Assembly: GCA_965602015.1 (NCBI GenBank)
Contig: OZ271918.1
Coordinates: forward strand, 1,120,001 to 1,184,000
Direction: 5' to 3'
Length of the DNA: 64,000 nt
Origin: Salinispira sp.
GTDB taxonomy: Bacteria > Spirochaetota > Spirochaetia > DSM-27196 > Salinispiraceae
The translations under genes were made by a program, and so were the position numbers. Below, piece by piece: positions 1 to 9,743 of this stretch (position 1 is its first letter; every line of letters begins with the position of its first letter). The notes below the pieces were generated by a model. That model saw nothing but the letters and a program-made list of their open reading frames with translations. It had not been told where the DNA came from and made no database searches.

Positions 1-2
1 AC

Positions 3-809
3 GAGAAAATAGAACTGCTGAGGTATCGCCTCCGGGAGCTTATCAAACTCTATCATATTGATGTACCGAGAATTCTCTTAATGCTTACGGGCATCGAAAT
101 CAGCGAAGCCGATTCCTTAAAACTTCGTTCATTGCTCGAAGGAATCCGCAGCGCCACGAATGCCCACGCGAGAAATTTCAAGATTTTGACCACCGGAGAC
201 GTGGTTAGGGAGTTTATTGAAAGCAGATCCGATCTAAAGGGAATCGAGGTGCTCTCCTCAATGCCCGAGGCAATGGAGCGGCTTCTGGGAGACCGGGCGG
301 GGGGGTATAGCGACACCGAGGGCAAGGTTCACGAGGATTTCCTGCGGGTGGGAGCAAGCAGAGGAGATGGCGACGACAGCATAAACCTCAGATTTCAAAG
401 CGAAAGCGAAGCTTCCAGCGTTTCCTTCGATGCCATGGCTTCGGGCCTGAAGTTGGCGGTGGTCGACGATGACTTTGTCATTCAGGAGCTGATAAAGCAG
501 GCCTTTGCAGATAGCGGATTAACCATTGAGTGTTACTCAGACGGTCAGCAATTCGTTAATTCACAACAGCTGGCGGATTTCGATCTTGTTTTTCTCGACC
601 TTCTTATGCCGGAGATGGACGGTTTCGGGGTTCTTCGTGTTCTGCAGAACCGGGGAGTCAGCCTGCCAATCATCGTCCTCTCGGCGGTGAACAAACGGGA
701 GGTCGTGGTAGAGGCCCTGCAGATGGGAGTGAAGAGTTACCTGGTTAAGCCGATACAGCCCGGTATGGTGTATAAAAAGGCCCTGGAAATCTTCCAGCTT
801 AACTTTTAG
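3..809 (+). CDS. Response regulator with C-terminal receiver domain (5' truncated by window edge)
   Basis: The frame is open from position 3 (EKIELLRYRL...), so the true start lies upstream of the window. C-terminal REC motifs: AVVDDD, VFLDLLMPEMDG, LSA, YLVKP. Lies 12 bp upstream of the hybrid kinase. Confidence 0.85.
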   Translation, partial: EKIELLRYRLRELIKLYHIDVPRILLMLTGIEISEADSLKLRSLLEGIRSATNAHARNFKILTTGDVVREFIESRSDLKGIEVLSSMPEAMERLLGDRAGGYSDTEGKVHEDFLRVGASRGDGDDSINLRFQSESEASSVSFDAMASGLKLAVVDDDFVIQELIKQAFADSGLTIECYSDGQQFVNSQQLADFDLVFLDLLMPEMDGFGVLRVLQNRGVSLPIIVLSAVNKREVVVEALQMGVKSYLVKPIQPGMVYKKALEIFQLNF

Positions 810-821
810 GCAGGCATATCG

Positions 822-3215
822 ATGGGAGACCGGGTCTTTTCTTCAGCACTGCCTCAGCTAATAAGCGACCGCGACGGGCGGATACTTCTGTGGAATGATG
901 CATTCTCCGCATTATTCAACAGAACCAGGGAGTCCTACAGCGGTGTGACGCTTCTGGAACTCATAGTTCCCCGAAATACCAAAAACCTGACCGAGGGAAT
1001 ACGGCAGGTACTCGCCGGATCTCAAGCCGTCAGTCTTGCTCCCTGCCGCATCAGCGTACCGGGGGAAACCGCCAAGCGCTGGTGGTTTCTCTCCAGCGCC
1101 GCCCTTTCGGAAAACGACGTTCACCATCAATTCATACCCGCCGATGAGCAGATTTGGGAAACCGAAACCCTTGAACAGGCAAAGAACGCCGCCGAAGAAT
1201 CCACAAAGGCAAAGAGTCTGTTCCTGGCGAATATGAGCCACGAAATCAGAACCCCCATCCACACGGTGAGGGGCATGAGCGAATTGCTGCAGGACACCGA
1301 ACTTGACCAGGAGCAAAGCGAGTATGCTGCTCAAATTCAGTTTTCCGCAGAGGCTTTACTGGGCCTGATTAACGACATTCTCGATTTTTCCAAGATTGAA
1401 GCCGGAAAGCTCGAGATCGAAAATATTGAATATGACATCCGGGAGCTCATGGGCGGCGTCCTGGATATGCTCAGTCTCGAGCTGTACAAGCGCGGGCTGT
1501 CAATTTTTCTGGATTTTGATGATTCCATGCCCGGGCTCATCGTCGGAGACCCGACCCGGATACGCCAGATCCTGGTAAATCTATTGAGCAATGCCATGAA
1601 GTTTACCCACCAGGGTCATATTACCGTGAGGCTGGTGGTTCGGGAGCGATCTTCCGACACGGTGCGTTTCAGGGTTGAGGTGCGGGATACGGGAATCGGG
1701 ATTCCCGAGGAGAAGCAGCCGGCGCTTTTTTCAGCCTTCCAGCAGGTTGATTCCACCACCACAAGGAAATACGGCGGAACCGGACTCGGTTTGAGCATTT
1801 CCCGCTCTCTGGTCCACCTGATGGGGGGACGCATCGGCTTCAAAAGCGAAGAGGGTAAGGGCACCACGTTTTTCTTTACCCTGGAATCCCCGGTGGTCGG
1901 CGGGCGCAGCGGATCGGATATAAAACGGGAGCTGAAGATCCTTACCGACCGTTCGCTGCTCATCGTTCATCCTTACGCCCATGCGAGGAAAATGTTGGCC
2001 GGTATTTTTTCGCCCTTCGCCAAGCGCCTCTTGTTTGCGGATTCCGGGGCTCAGGGCCTCGAGCAGCTCATTGCGCTGTCCGCCCCGGGCGAGGCCGCGC
2101 CTGTTGTGCTTGTGGATTTGCGGCTGGGAGATATGGACGGATGGCAGTTTGCCAGCGAGGTTAAAACCAGCGAGGCAATCCGCAACAGCAGGCTTTTTCT
2201 CATGCGGCCGCCGGGTACCATGCAGGCGGACGCGAAAATGAAGCTGCTCAACTGGTTTGACGAGTATATTACCAAGCCGGTGAAACTGCCGCAGCTGGTG
2301 GAGCTCATGGTGAGGGGCTTGAGCAGCGAGTTAACGAACAAGGCCTCCAGCGATGACATTGAGGAACTTGAGGAGCTGGAAGAGCCAGAAGGCGACGGGG
2401 CGCTGAGCATCCTGTTGGCCGAGGACCATTTTGTCAATCAGCAGCTGTTCCGCACAATTCTCTACAAGCTGGGGCATCGGGTTCAGGTGGCGGATAACGG
2501 CCGGGTTGTCCTTGAAAAATATGCCAACGGCAGCTACGACATAATATTCATGGACATGATGATGCCGGAAATGGACGGATACGAGGCCACGGCTCATTTG
2601 AGAGCCGCGGGGGCCGACGAACCCATCATCGCCGTGACCGCCAATGCCCTGGAAGGCGAACGCCAGAAGTGCCTTGCGGCAGGAATGGATGACTACATGT
2701 CAAAGCCCTTCAGCCGGGACGATCTTGTCCGCCAGATAGAGCGCTGGCGCAACCGCCGGCACAGCGGGCAGCAGGTCCAGGTTCCCAAGAGCCGCCTGCA
2801 ATCCCCGGGTAAAGATATCAGCTCGGAAGGGCTTTCTGCAGGCTCAGACTCCTTGAATGACAAACCCGAGAATCTTCAGATAATTGATTATACCCGCGCA
2901 GTGAACACATTTATGGGCAAAGAGCATGTGCTGCAGAATGTACTCGCCGAGTTCATCGTTCGCACTGAAAAACAGCTCGAGGTCATAAAGGCCCACATAA
3001 AAAGCGGAGAATTCAAAGACGCGAGAATTATAAGCCACGGCATAAAGGGCAGCAGCCGCAACCTGAGTATGACCCGCTTGGGGGATGTTGCGGCCCTTTT
3101 AGAGGATGCCAATGAAGCCGAAGATGGTTCCGCTTCTACAGCCCTCATGCCAAAGCTCCTGAATGAATTCAAGGCCCTCCGGAAATACCTCACAGGGCGC
3201 ATTCCCGGAGTGTAA
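822..3215 (+). CDS. Hybrid sensor histidine kinase (PAS-like, HisKA, HATPase, two REC, Hpt)
   Basis: H-box FLANMSHEIRTP; N-box QILVNLLSNAMKFT; G boxes DTGIGI and GGTGLGLSI; REC motifs VLVDLRLGDMDG and LLAEDH...FMDMMMPEMDG; Hpt SHGIKGSS. Confidence 0.95.
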   Translation: MGDRVFSSALPQLISDRDGRILLWNDAFSALFNRTRESYSGVTLLELIVPRNTKNLTEGIRQVLAGSQAVSLAPCRISVPGETAKRWWFLSSAALSENDVHHQFIPADEQIWETETLEQAKNAAEESTKAKSLFLANMSHEIRTPIHTVRGMSELLQDTELDQEQSEYAAQIQFSAEALLGLINDILDFSKIEAGKLEIENIEYDIRELMGGVLDMLSLELYKRGLSIFLDFDDSMPGLIVGDPTRIRQILVNLLSNAMKFTHQGHITVRLVVRERSSDTVRFRVEVRDTGIGIPEEKQPALFSAFQQVDSTTTRKYGGTGLGLSISRSLVHLMGGRIGFKSEEGKGTTFFFTLESPVVGGRSGSDIKRELKILTDRSLLIVHPYAHARKMLAGIFSPFAKRLLFADSGAQGLEQLIALSAPGEAAPVVLVDLRLGDMDGWQFASEVKTSEAIRNSRLFLMRPPGTMQADAKMKLLNWFDEYITKPVKLPQLVELMVRGLSSELTNKASSDDIEELEELEEPEGDGALSILLAEDHFVNQQLFRTILYKLGHRVQVADNGRVVLEKYANGSYDIIFMDMMMPEMDGYEATAHLRAAGADEPIIAVTANALEGERQKCLAAGMDDYMSKPFSRDDLVRQIERWRNRRHSGQQVQVPKSRLQSPGKDISSEGLSAGSDSLNDKPENLQIIDYTRAVNTFMGKEHVLQNVLAEFIVRTEKQLEVIKAHIKSGEFKDARIISHGIKGSSRNLSMTRLGDVAALLEDANEAEDGSASTALMPKLLNEFKALRKYLTGRIPGV

Positions 3216-3237
3216 GCGCTCAAGTTGTGCGGTCGAT

Positions 3238-3293
3238 TTCAGGCGGGCAATCACAGGCGGGCAACCAGAGGCGGCATACCACAGGCGGCCACT
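3238..3293. repeat. Degenerate 14-bp tandem repeat (4 copies) between convergent genes
   Basis: ttcaggcgggcaat / cacaggcgggcaac / cagaggcggcatac / cacaggcggccact. Confidence 0.7.
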
Positions 3294-3301
3294 GCATACC
3301 C

Positions 3302-4528
3302 TTATGTCGCGAAGGCTCGCTCTATTCTGCCGAGGGCTTCGACAACCTTCTCCCTGTGGTTAAAACTCGAGATTCTAATATAGCCCTCACCGCATTTGCC
3401 GAATCCTGCCCCCGGTGTGGTAACCACTGCGGCATTGCGAAGGAGCTTATCGAATAAATCCCAGCTCGAGCCGCCGGCCTTTACCCATACGTAGGGGCTG
3501 TTAAGGCCTCCCCACACGGCGAAACCAAGGTCCTGAAGTTTTTCCCTGATAAGTAATGCGTTTTGTAAGTAGTAGTCAGTCTCCCTGCGGACTTCGCTCT
3601 GGCCCTCCGGACTGTACACCGCGTGGGCGGCGGTCTGGACCGGATAACTCACGCCGTTAAACTTGGTGCTTTGGCGCCTCAGCCACAAATCCTTGAGGCT
3701 GTGAGCGCTCCCCTCGGCGTCATACACCGAGCATTCAGAGGGGATGACCGTGTAGGCGCAGCGGGTGCCCGTAAAGCCCGCCGTTTTAGAAAAGCTTCGG
3801 AACTCCACCGCGACCTCTCTCGCGCCGGGTATTTCAAATATGGAGCGGGGAAGAGACGGATCGCGGATAAACTCGACGTAGGCCGCATCAAAGAGGATCA
3901 GGCTCTTCTCCCGGCGGGCGTAATCTACCCATTGGGTCAGCTGCTCCCGGCTTGCGGTGGTTCCCGTCGGATTATTGGGAAAGCAGAGGTATATCAGGTC
4001 GAGATGTTTTTCCGGAGGCAGGGGAACAAAGCCGTTTTCCTCGCTGCCCTCCAGGTAGTGCAGTCCCTGGTATCGTCCGTCATCCCATTTTCCCGTGCGG
4101 CCGGCCATGACATTCGTGTCGACGTAGACCGGATACACAGGATCGGGCACCCCGATTTCCAGATCCGACGCGAAGAGTTCCTGAATGTTCCCCGTGTCGC
4201 ATTTGGCTCCGTCGGAAACAAAAATTTCATCGGCCTGAATATCCGCACCCTTCTCCCGGAAATCAATGGTGGCGATGGCTTCCCTCAAAAATTCGTAGCC
4301 CTGTTCTGGACCGTAACCCTTGAATGCCGATTCATTGGCCTGCCGGTCAACTCCGGTCTGAAACCCGCGGATTACCGAGGGACTCAATGGGCGGGTTACA
4401 TCACCGATTCCCAGCTTGATAATATCGGCCTCGGGGTTCTCATTCTGAAAATCCCTGACCTTTGCTGATATTGTGGAAAACAAGTACGAGGACTGCAGTT
4501 TTTTATAGTGTTCGTTCATTCGTATCAT
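3302..4528 (-). CDS. dapL: LL-diaminopimelate aminotransferase
   Basis: SYLF N-terminus, LGIGDVT, GYGPEQG, SDGAKCD, PNNPTG, PLP lysine motif SFSKTAGFTGTR, TPGAGFG. Start moved to ATG 4528 (MIRMNEHY). Confidence 0.95.
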   Translation of the reverse strand: MIRMNEHYKKLQSSYLFSTISAKVRDFQNENPEADIIKLGIGDVTRPLSPSVIRGFQTGVDRQANESAFKGYGPEQGYEFLREAIATIDFREKGADIQADEIFVSDGAKCDTGNIQELFASDLEIGVPDPVYPVYVDTNVMAGRTGKWDDGRYQGLHYLEGSEENGFVPLPPEKHLDLIYLCFPNNPTGTTASREQLTQWVDYARREKSLILFDAAYVEFIRDPSLPRSIFEIPGAREVAVEFRSFSKTAGFTGTRCAYTVIPSECSVYDAEGSAHSLKDLWLRRQSTKFNGVSYPVQTAAHAVYSPEGQSEVRRETDYYLQNALLIREKLQDLGFAVWGGLNSPYVWVKAGGSSWDLFDKLLRNAAVVTTPGAGFGKCGEGYIRISSFNHREKVVEALGRIERAFAT

Positions 4529-4612
4529 GGGCGAAAAGATAATATAGTTCGGGCATTTTGCATACCGGATAGGGATCTTGCGACTTCGCGCACAGGCCGG
4601 TACAATTTTGCC

Positions 4613-5086
4613 GTGCTTTTTTGTGATGATATCTACCGTGAAGCCGTGAGGCAGACCGCTAAAAAATCCTGGGCGGATTACTGGGAATTTTGCCTGAGAA
4701 TTTGCGAGACCGCGGTTGTCCGTGACTCCTGGGCCCTGGCGGGATTTTTTTTTCGGGTGAAGGATGAATATGTTCTCGGGCCCCATTGGCTGGCCGACCC
4801 CTACGACAGGGCGCCGTTTATTCGAAAAAGCGCTTCCCAGCCACCCTGGAATCTTGACCTTCCCGGAATGGAGAAAGGGGCCTCAGCCGGCACAATTATC
4901 GACGGTGCCATACGGGTACCCGCCGACCTCAACGGAAGCGTCTTTGAATGGATACTAAAGCTCGATAGCCGCCTGGCGTTCTACGGCCATGGACCGCCGG
5001 ATGCCCTAAGTGGAGGGGAGAAATCCTGCTGGACGGCTTTGGAGCGCTTTATTCCCTTCGCCCGCCCCGATCTTTCCCGCGAATAA
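4613..5086 (+). CDS. Hypothetical protein
   Basis: Only plausible ORF filling the gap between dapL and dinB; protein-like composition; start uncertain (GTG 4613). Its 3' end overlaps the dinB 3' end by 38 bp. Confidence 0.5.
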   Translation: MLFCDDIYREAVRQTAKKSWADYWEFCLRICETAVVRDSWALAGFFFRVKDEYVLGPHWLADPYDRAPFIRKSASQPPWNLDLPGMEKGASAGTIIDGAIRVPADLNGSVFEWILKLDSRLAFYGHGPPDALSGGEKSCWTALERFIPFARPDLSRE

Positions 5087-6251
5087 GCCGACGGGCTTTT
5101 GCAATCGGAAGGTCCTCATACTTCTTTTTTAATTCGAGTACTGCCTCTTCGACCTTGCTCCGTTTTTCTTCTGCGTCCTCAAAGAGTTCGGTCTGTTGAT
5201 AGCTGGAGCGCTTTTCGACGTTGCTCAGGCCCAGGCCGATGAGCCTCAACGGCGACCGGCCGTCCCACTTTGAATTCAGGAGGGCGAGTGCAAGGTCGAA
5301 GCATTCCTCCACGCTCCTTATAGGATGGGAAAGGCTTTTCTGTACCGTAGAGGTGCTAAAATCTCCCAATCTGAGCTTGAGCACCAGGGTCCGGCTCTGG
5401 GCATCTTCCCGGTGAAGCCGGAAAACGATTCCGTGGGCGAGAAAAAACAACGTGTCTTCGATTGCCTGCCGGTCCTTGCAATCCCGGCTGAAGGTGTGCT
5501 CATTACTAATCGAATGGCTTTTGGTATCGCCGTCGTAGATTCCCGGATCGATGCCCCGGCACACCTGGAAGAGATACTCTCCCCCCGCCTGTCCGAATAA
5601 GGTTTTGAGGGTGGCCTGGGGAATGCTCAGCAGCTGATCAATGCTTTGAATATTCAGTTCATCAAGGCGCTGCTGGCTTTTTTTACCCACGCCCCACAGG
5701 TCGCGTATTTCCAGCTTGCGGATAAACGCCTCTTCCTCTCCCGGCGCCACAATGGTCAATCCGTCCGGTTTCTGGAACGCCGACGCCATTTTGGCGACTA
5801 AACGATTGGTCGCTGCGCCGACGGTAATGGTAAGGCCGGTCTTTTCACGTATTCTGTCCTTGAGCAGTTGAGCCGCTTCGGCGGGGGGGCCGAATATTCC
5901 TTCGGTGCCCGTCATCTCGATAAACGCCTCATCGATGGACACCTGGATAATCCTTGGACTGAAATCATAGAACTCTTCCATGATTTTTTCCGACTCCCTG
6001 GAGTAATGCTCCATCCGGGGATGAATGTATATTCCTTCCGGGCAGAGCCGATGGGCCTGACTCACAGGCATTGCAGAATGAACCCCGAAACGACGGGCCT
6101 CGTAAGAACAGGTTGCCACAACTCCCCGTTCTCCGGGCTTGGCGCCGATGATTACCGGTTTTCCCCGGTATTCCGGATTATCCCGCTGTTCCACTGCGGC
6201 GTAGAACGCGTCCATATCCACATGAAACCACAGAGGACTGTGGCGCCTCAT
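5049..6251 (-). CDS. dinB: DNA polymerase IV (Y-family)
   Basis: HVDMDAFYAAVE, SYEARRFGVHSAMP, SIDEAF, KPDG, WGVG and a little-finger domain (LRLIGLGLS). Confidence 0.95.
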   Translation of the reverse strand: MRRHSPLWFHVDMDAFYAAVEQRDNPEYRGKPVIIGAKPGERGVVATCSYEARRFGVHSAMPVSQAHRLCPEGIYIHPRMEHYSRESEKIMEEFYDFSPRIIQVSIDEAFIEMTGTEGIFGPPAEAAQLLKDRIREKTGLTITVGAATNRLVAKMASAFQKPDGLTIVAPGEEEAFIRKLEIRDLWGVGKKSQQRLDELNIQSIDQLLSIPQATLKTLFGQAGGEYLFQVCRGIDPGIYDGDTKSHSISNEHTFSRDCKDRQAIEDTLFFLAHGIVFRLHREDAQSRTLVLKLRLGDFSTSTVQKSLSHPIRSVEECFDLALALLNSKWDGRSPLRLIGLGLSNVEKRSSYQQTELFEDAEEKRSKVEEAVLELKKKYEDLPIAKARRLIRGKDRGGRRE

Positions 6252-8632
6252 TGATCTTCTCCCGAGGGTAAGAGATGTAACACCTCCCGGCTTACCAGGG
6301 AAAAACGCCTGTCTTCATCACCTTCGAGAATGATCGCCCGTGCTATTTCATAGCCTGCTTCGATGCTCAGCCGGGGCTGGGCGGATGAGGGCAGAGTGAA
6401 TTCCATGATCATGGGGTTAGGCGGATTGATGCCGCTGATAAACTGAATTTCACCACGACCCGTCAGGAATCGGTAGGGCAGATTGGAATCGAAAACCGAG
6501 GTGTCTGATTCGGTGAACAGTCTGATGCGCACCGCCCGGGGACGCCGCTCTGCGCTGTGCAGTTCTATCCGGTAACTGGAGCGGGCCAGAAAATCGTCCC
6601 GTCTTGTGCGGTAGCTCATTTGCAGCGGAATATCAAAGAGACCAAAATCCGCGCTGGTCCCCGCATCTTCCGCCCGAAGTTCGATACCCTGGAAATCGAT
6701 TTCGAAATCACCTAACGAGGCGTAACTCGTTGCAGTAATGCTGCCACGGGTGACCTGTCCGACCTTTAAGGACTGATTTTCCCCGCCGGGGCCATCAAAT
6801 GGTTCTTCCCTCTGGGTTACCGAGGTTATAGCGACCCTTTGGGGGTTTTCCGGGGAAAACGGATCGATCACCAATGTGATGAGCAAATTAATCATCAGCA
6901 GCAAAACCATGGTGATAGCCGAGGACCTAAGGGCGAAATTCCGCCTTCCCCGAACGGGATGGGGAAAAAGAAAGTCCAGACGAATCAGCATGAGCATAAA
7001 AGGCAGCAACAAAAAGGCTACCAAAAGGTTTATCCCCGGGTTCAGGCTGATCAATTCCCCGATAAGCCGGTACTCTCCCAGCCGGATGATATCCACAACG
7101 CCGATAACTATGAGAATCGGCGACAGCAGGGCGGACAGCACCTTGGCGATGCGGTTGCGGCTCACGGAAAAAATAAATGCCCAGAACAGGGCCCAGAGAA
7201 AGTAATACGCGAAGTTGATATTTATCAGGCCAAAGATCAGCACGTCAATGCTGAGGATGAGAATCGCTGAGGCGGAGTAAAAGCTTCCGTTTTTACTTAA
7301 AGGCGTTCGGTGCAGGACGGTAAACAGGAGGGTGAAAAGCAGGGTGGCGCTGGTGGTCTTGAGAAGAAAGAGCGGTATGGGGATAAACTCCCATAGCCTG
7401 TCCATTCCCCGTATTCCCTGAACCAGGGAAACCATCAGGCTGCCCAGAAAAATAAAGCTGAACATGGCTCCGTAGAGAAGCGGCAGGTTCCAGAAATTTT
7501 TGCGGATCGTCCTGGCATACTTTTCCCGGCGCCGGCGGAAAATAAACAGCCACACATACAGTCCTGCGAGAATGAGGTAGATGCTCAACACATAGCTGCT
7601 CTCGGGGATAATCCACTGACCCAATCCGAGGTTGAGGTTTATGTAGTGCTGGTCCCAGAGCCCGGTTATATCCGCCTGCTCGAGAACATCCCGGCCCTCA
7701 GTCATGGACATCATATCCGACATAAGCGTCAGAGCGCGCAGCTGCCGGGCTTCTATAGTTGCGGGATTTTCAACCAGGTTGTGCTCTCCGTTGCGGTTCA
7801 TCCGTGAAGACGGGCCGTCGGTATCTTCCGGGAGAAAACGGAGTCCTACAGCATTGAGTTCCGCAGAAAGCAGGGGACCCAGAACGCTGGGGGAGGCCAG
7901 TCCGATGCGGTATAGCTGAGTGCGGCTGTTTGCCAGGCCCGAGGGGTAGCCCGCCATCTCTATTCGCTCCTCGAGGTAGCGGAGAATCCAGAGGGGAGAG
8001 ACGATATTGCGGTCTCCGTTAACGAGCTGGACACGGCTCCCGAAATTCTCTGCGCTATCTATCACATAGACCACATCGGGAATTTGCGGGCTGTTTCTGG
8101 ACAGGTACTCCCGAATGCCCTTCTGCCCGTCGATGCTGCCCAGAAAGTTTATTTCGAGGGTGGGTGCTTCGGGATCCCTGCCTGTCTGCTCGAGTATTGA
8201 GAGGATGGCGGCGATTGCCGCGCTGTTGTTCCGGGAAGCCGAATTGCCGGGATCCATAACATAGGCCACGAACATCAGAATGCGGGTATCTTCATTGCCT
8301 TCTATGAGAAAGCGGAGATTCTCTCCGTAGGAGTGAAAACTCTCATCCCGGCGGATTGCATGCCGCCTCGATGCAATTCCCCGACTTCTGGCAAAATCTT
8401 CAAGAAAATCAAGGGTCTCCCCGGCGCCGGACAGGTTTTCCTCCCTGTTTGTGATTTCCCCGATCCTGTCCCGGTATTCCCGGTAACGCGCAAGGAGCAA
8501 GACCTGTTCCGGGGAATCGGCCAGAGCTGACCCGCTAACCTGAGCTGTGATGCTGTCTATTGAAGCAAGGGACAGAAGGAGGAGACCGATAAACAGCTTT
8601 AGCCCGGTTGGGAAGCGTTTGCCTATCTTCAT
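6248..8632 (-). CDS. Multi-pass membrane protein with degenerate M28-peptidase-like extracytoplasmic domain
   Basis: Signal-like N-terminus, a soluble domain with NNSAAIAAILSIL resembling the M28 DNASGVAALLE region, about 8 hydrophobic segments and a C-terminal soluble domain. Start ATG 8632 lies 1 bp after the ddl stop. Confidence 0.65.
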   Translation of the reverse strand: MKIGKRFPTGLKLFIGLLLLSLASIDSITAQVSGSALADSPEQVLLLARYREYRDRIGEITNREENLSGAGETLDFLEDFARSRGIASRRHAIRRDESFHSYGENLRFLIEGNEDTRILMFVAYVMDPGNSASRNNSAAIAAILSILEQTGRDPEAPTLEINFLGSIDGQKGIREYLSRNSPQIPDVVYVIDSAENFGSRVQLVNGDRNIVSPLWILRYLEERIEMAGYPSGLANSRTQLYRIGLASPSVLGPLLSAELNAVGLRFLPEDTDGPSSRMNRNGEHNLVENPATIEARQLRALTLMSDMMSMTEGRDVLEQADITGLWDQHYINLNLGLGQWIIPESSYVLSIYLILAGLYVWLFIFRRRREKYARTIRKNFWNLPLLYGAMFSFIFLGSLMVSLVQGIRGMDRLWEFIPIPLFLLKTTSATLLFTLLFTVLHRTPLSKNGSFYSASAILILSIDVLIFGLININFAYYFLWALFWAFIFSVSRNRIAKVLSALLSPILIVIGVVDIIRLGEYRLIGELISLNPGINLLVAFLLLPFMLMLIRLDFLFPHPVRGRRNFALRSSAITMVLLLMINLLITLVIDPFSPENPQRVAITSVTQREEPFDGPGGENQSLKVGQVTRGSITATSYASLGDFEIDFQGIELRAEDAGTSADFGLFDIPLQMSYRTRRDDFLARSSYRIELHSAERRPRAVRIRLFTESDTSVFDSNLPYRFLTGRGEIQFISGINPPNPMIMEFTLPSSAQPRLSIEAGYEIARAIILEGDEDRRFSLVSREVLHLLPSGEDQ

Positions 8633-8633
8633 G

Positions 8634-9743
8634 CTATACGCTGTAGTGAAGATTAAGGGCATTGCGCCGTATAAATCGCTGAAGCCCCAAGTCCACCATT
8701 TTGCTCAGGAGTTCGGTATAGCCGAGGCCGCCGGTCTCGCACATTTTGGGATACATGCTAATGGAGGTAAAGCCCGGCATGGTATTGATTTCGTTCAGGA
8801 ACACATCACCCCGGTCCTTATCAATAAAAAAATCCACCCTCGCCAGCCCGTCTCCGCCGATTGCCTTGAAGGCCGCCACCGCGTGTTCCCGTATGCGGGA
8901 AGCCTGGTCTTCATTCAAATCAGCGGGAAACTGAAGGGTCGCTCCGTCGGGGTCAAGGTATTTTCCGCTGTAATCGTAGAACTCGTGGTGGGAAATAACC
9001 TCCCCCGGGGGAAAGGAAATGACATCCTGGTATCCCAGCACCGAACACTCTATTTCCCGGGCATTTATTGCGGTTTCAACGAGGATTTGGGTGTCGAACT
9101 GGAATGCCCGCGAAAGCGCAGCGTCAAGATCCGCTGAAGATTTAACCTTGCTAATGCCCACCGACGAACCTGCCCGACAGGGCTTTATAAAAAACGGCGA
9201 TCCCAGTTCTTTTGACCATCGGGCATACAGGGATTCCGCTCCCTCCTCGCCCCGTGGCAGCCCGCGGTACTCGGCAACGTCGAATGCCGCATAGGGCACC
9301 ACCGGCAAACCCGAATTGCTCCACATTTCCTTGGCGCGGATTTTATCCATTCCCAGAGCTGAAGTGAGGATGTCCGAGCCAGCATAGGCCACATTGAGGG
9401 TTTCGAGAAAACCCTGGATGGTCCCGTCCTCTCCGTTCGTCCCGTGCAGAACGGGAAAGGCGATATCAACCGGCAGCTTCTCACCCTCGCAAAAGAGTCC
9501 CAAGCCCGGATATCCCACAACCTGCCTGCCAGGGCCGATCTCTAAAGCTGACCCAGCGAGTACCAGTTCCAGCATATCATCATCCTGAAGATGCCATTGA
9601 GCCGATTCATCTATGCCGATAAGCACAAGGTTAAAGCGCTGGTGGTCGAAATTTCTGATTACGCTTGCGGCTGACTCCTTGGAAACCTGGTGCTCACCGG
9701 ATTTTCCGCCGTACAGGATGGCCACAGTTGTCTTGTTTGTCAT
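8634..9743 (-). CDS. ddl: D-alanine--D-alanine ligase
   Basis: GGKSGEHQVS, LHGTNGEDGTIQG, GSSVGI, REIECSVLG, YDYSGKY, NEINTMPGFTSISMYP. Confidence 0.97.
   Translation of the reverse strand: MTNKTTVAILYGGKSGEHQVSKESAASVIRNFDHQRFNLVLIGIDESAQWHLQDDDMLELVLAGSALEIGPGRQVVGYPGLGLFCEGEKLPVDIAFPVLHGTNGEDGTIQGFLETLNVAYAGSDILTSALGMDKIRAKEMWSNSGLPVVPYAAFDVAEYRGLPRGEEGAESLYARWSKELGSPFFIKPCRAGSSVGISKVKSSADLDAALSRAFQFDTQILVETAINAREIECSVLGYQDVISFPPGEVISHHEFYDYSGKYLDPDGATLQFPADLNEDQASRIREHAVAAFKAIGGDGLARVDFFIDKDRGDVFLNEINTMPGFTSISMYPKMCETGGLGYTELLSKMVDLGLQRFIRRNALNLHYSV

Noticed and set aside
3623..4468. Long antisense ORFs (also 9665-10492, 18501-19328, 21427-22311, 56439-57212 and others)
   Set aside because: They shadow well-supported genes on the opposite strand, as expected in GC-rich DNA, and have no motifs.
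4529..4786. N-terminal extensions in the ORF track (dapL, MTase, hydrolase, folC, rnz, U32, DUF4340)
   Set aside because: Homology-like sequence and RBS positions support downstream starts, and the extensions overlap neighbouring genes.
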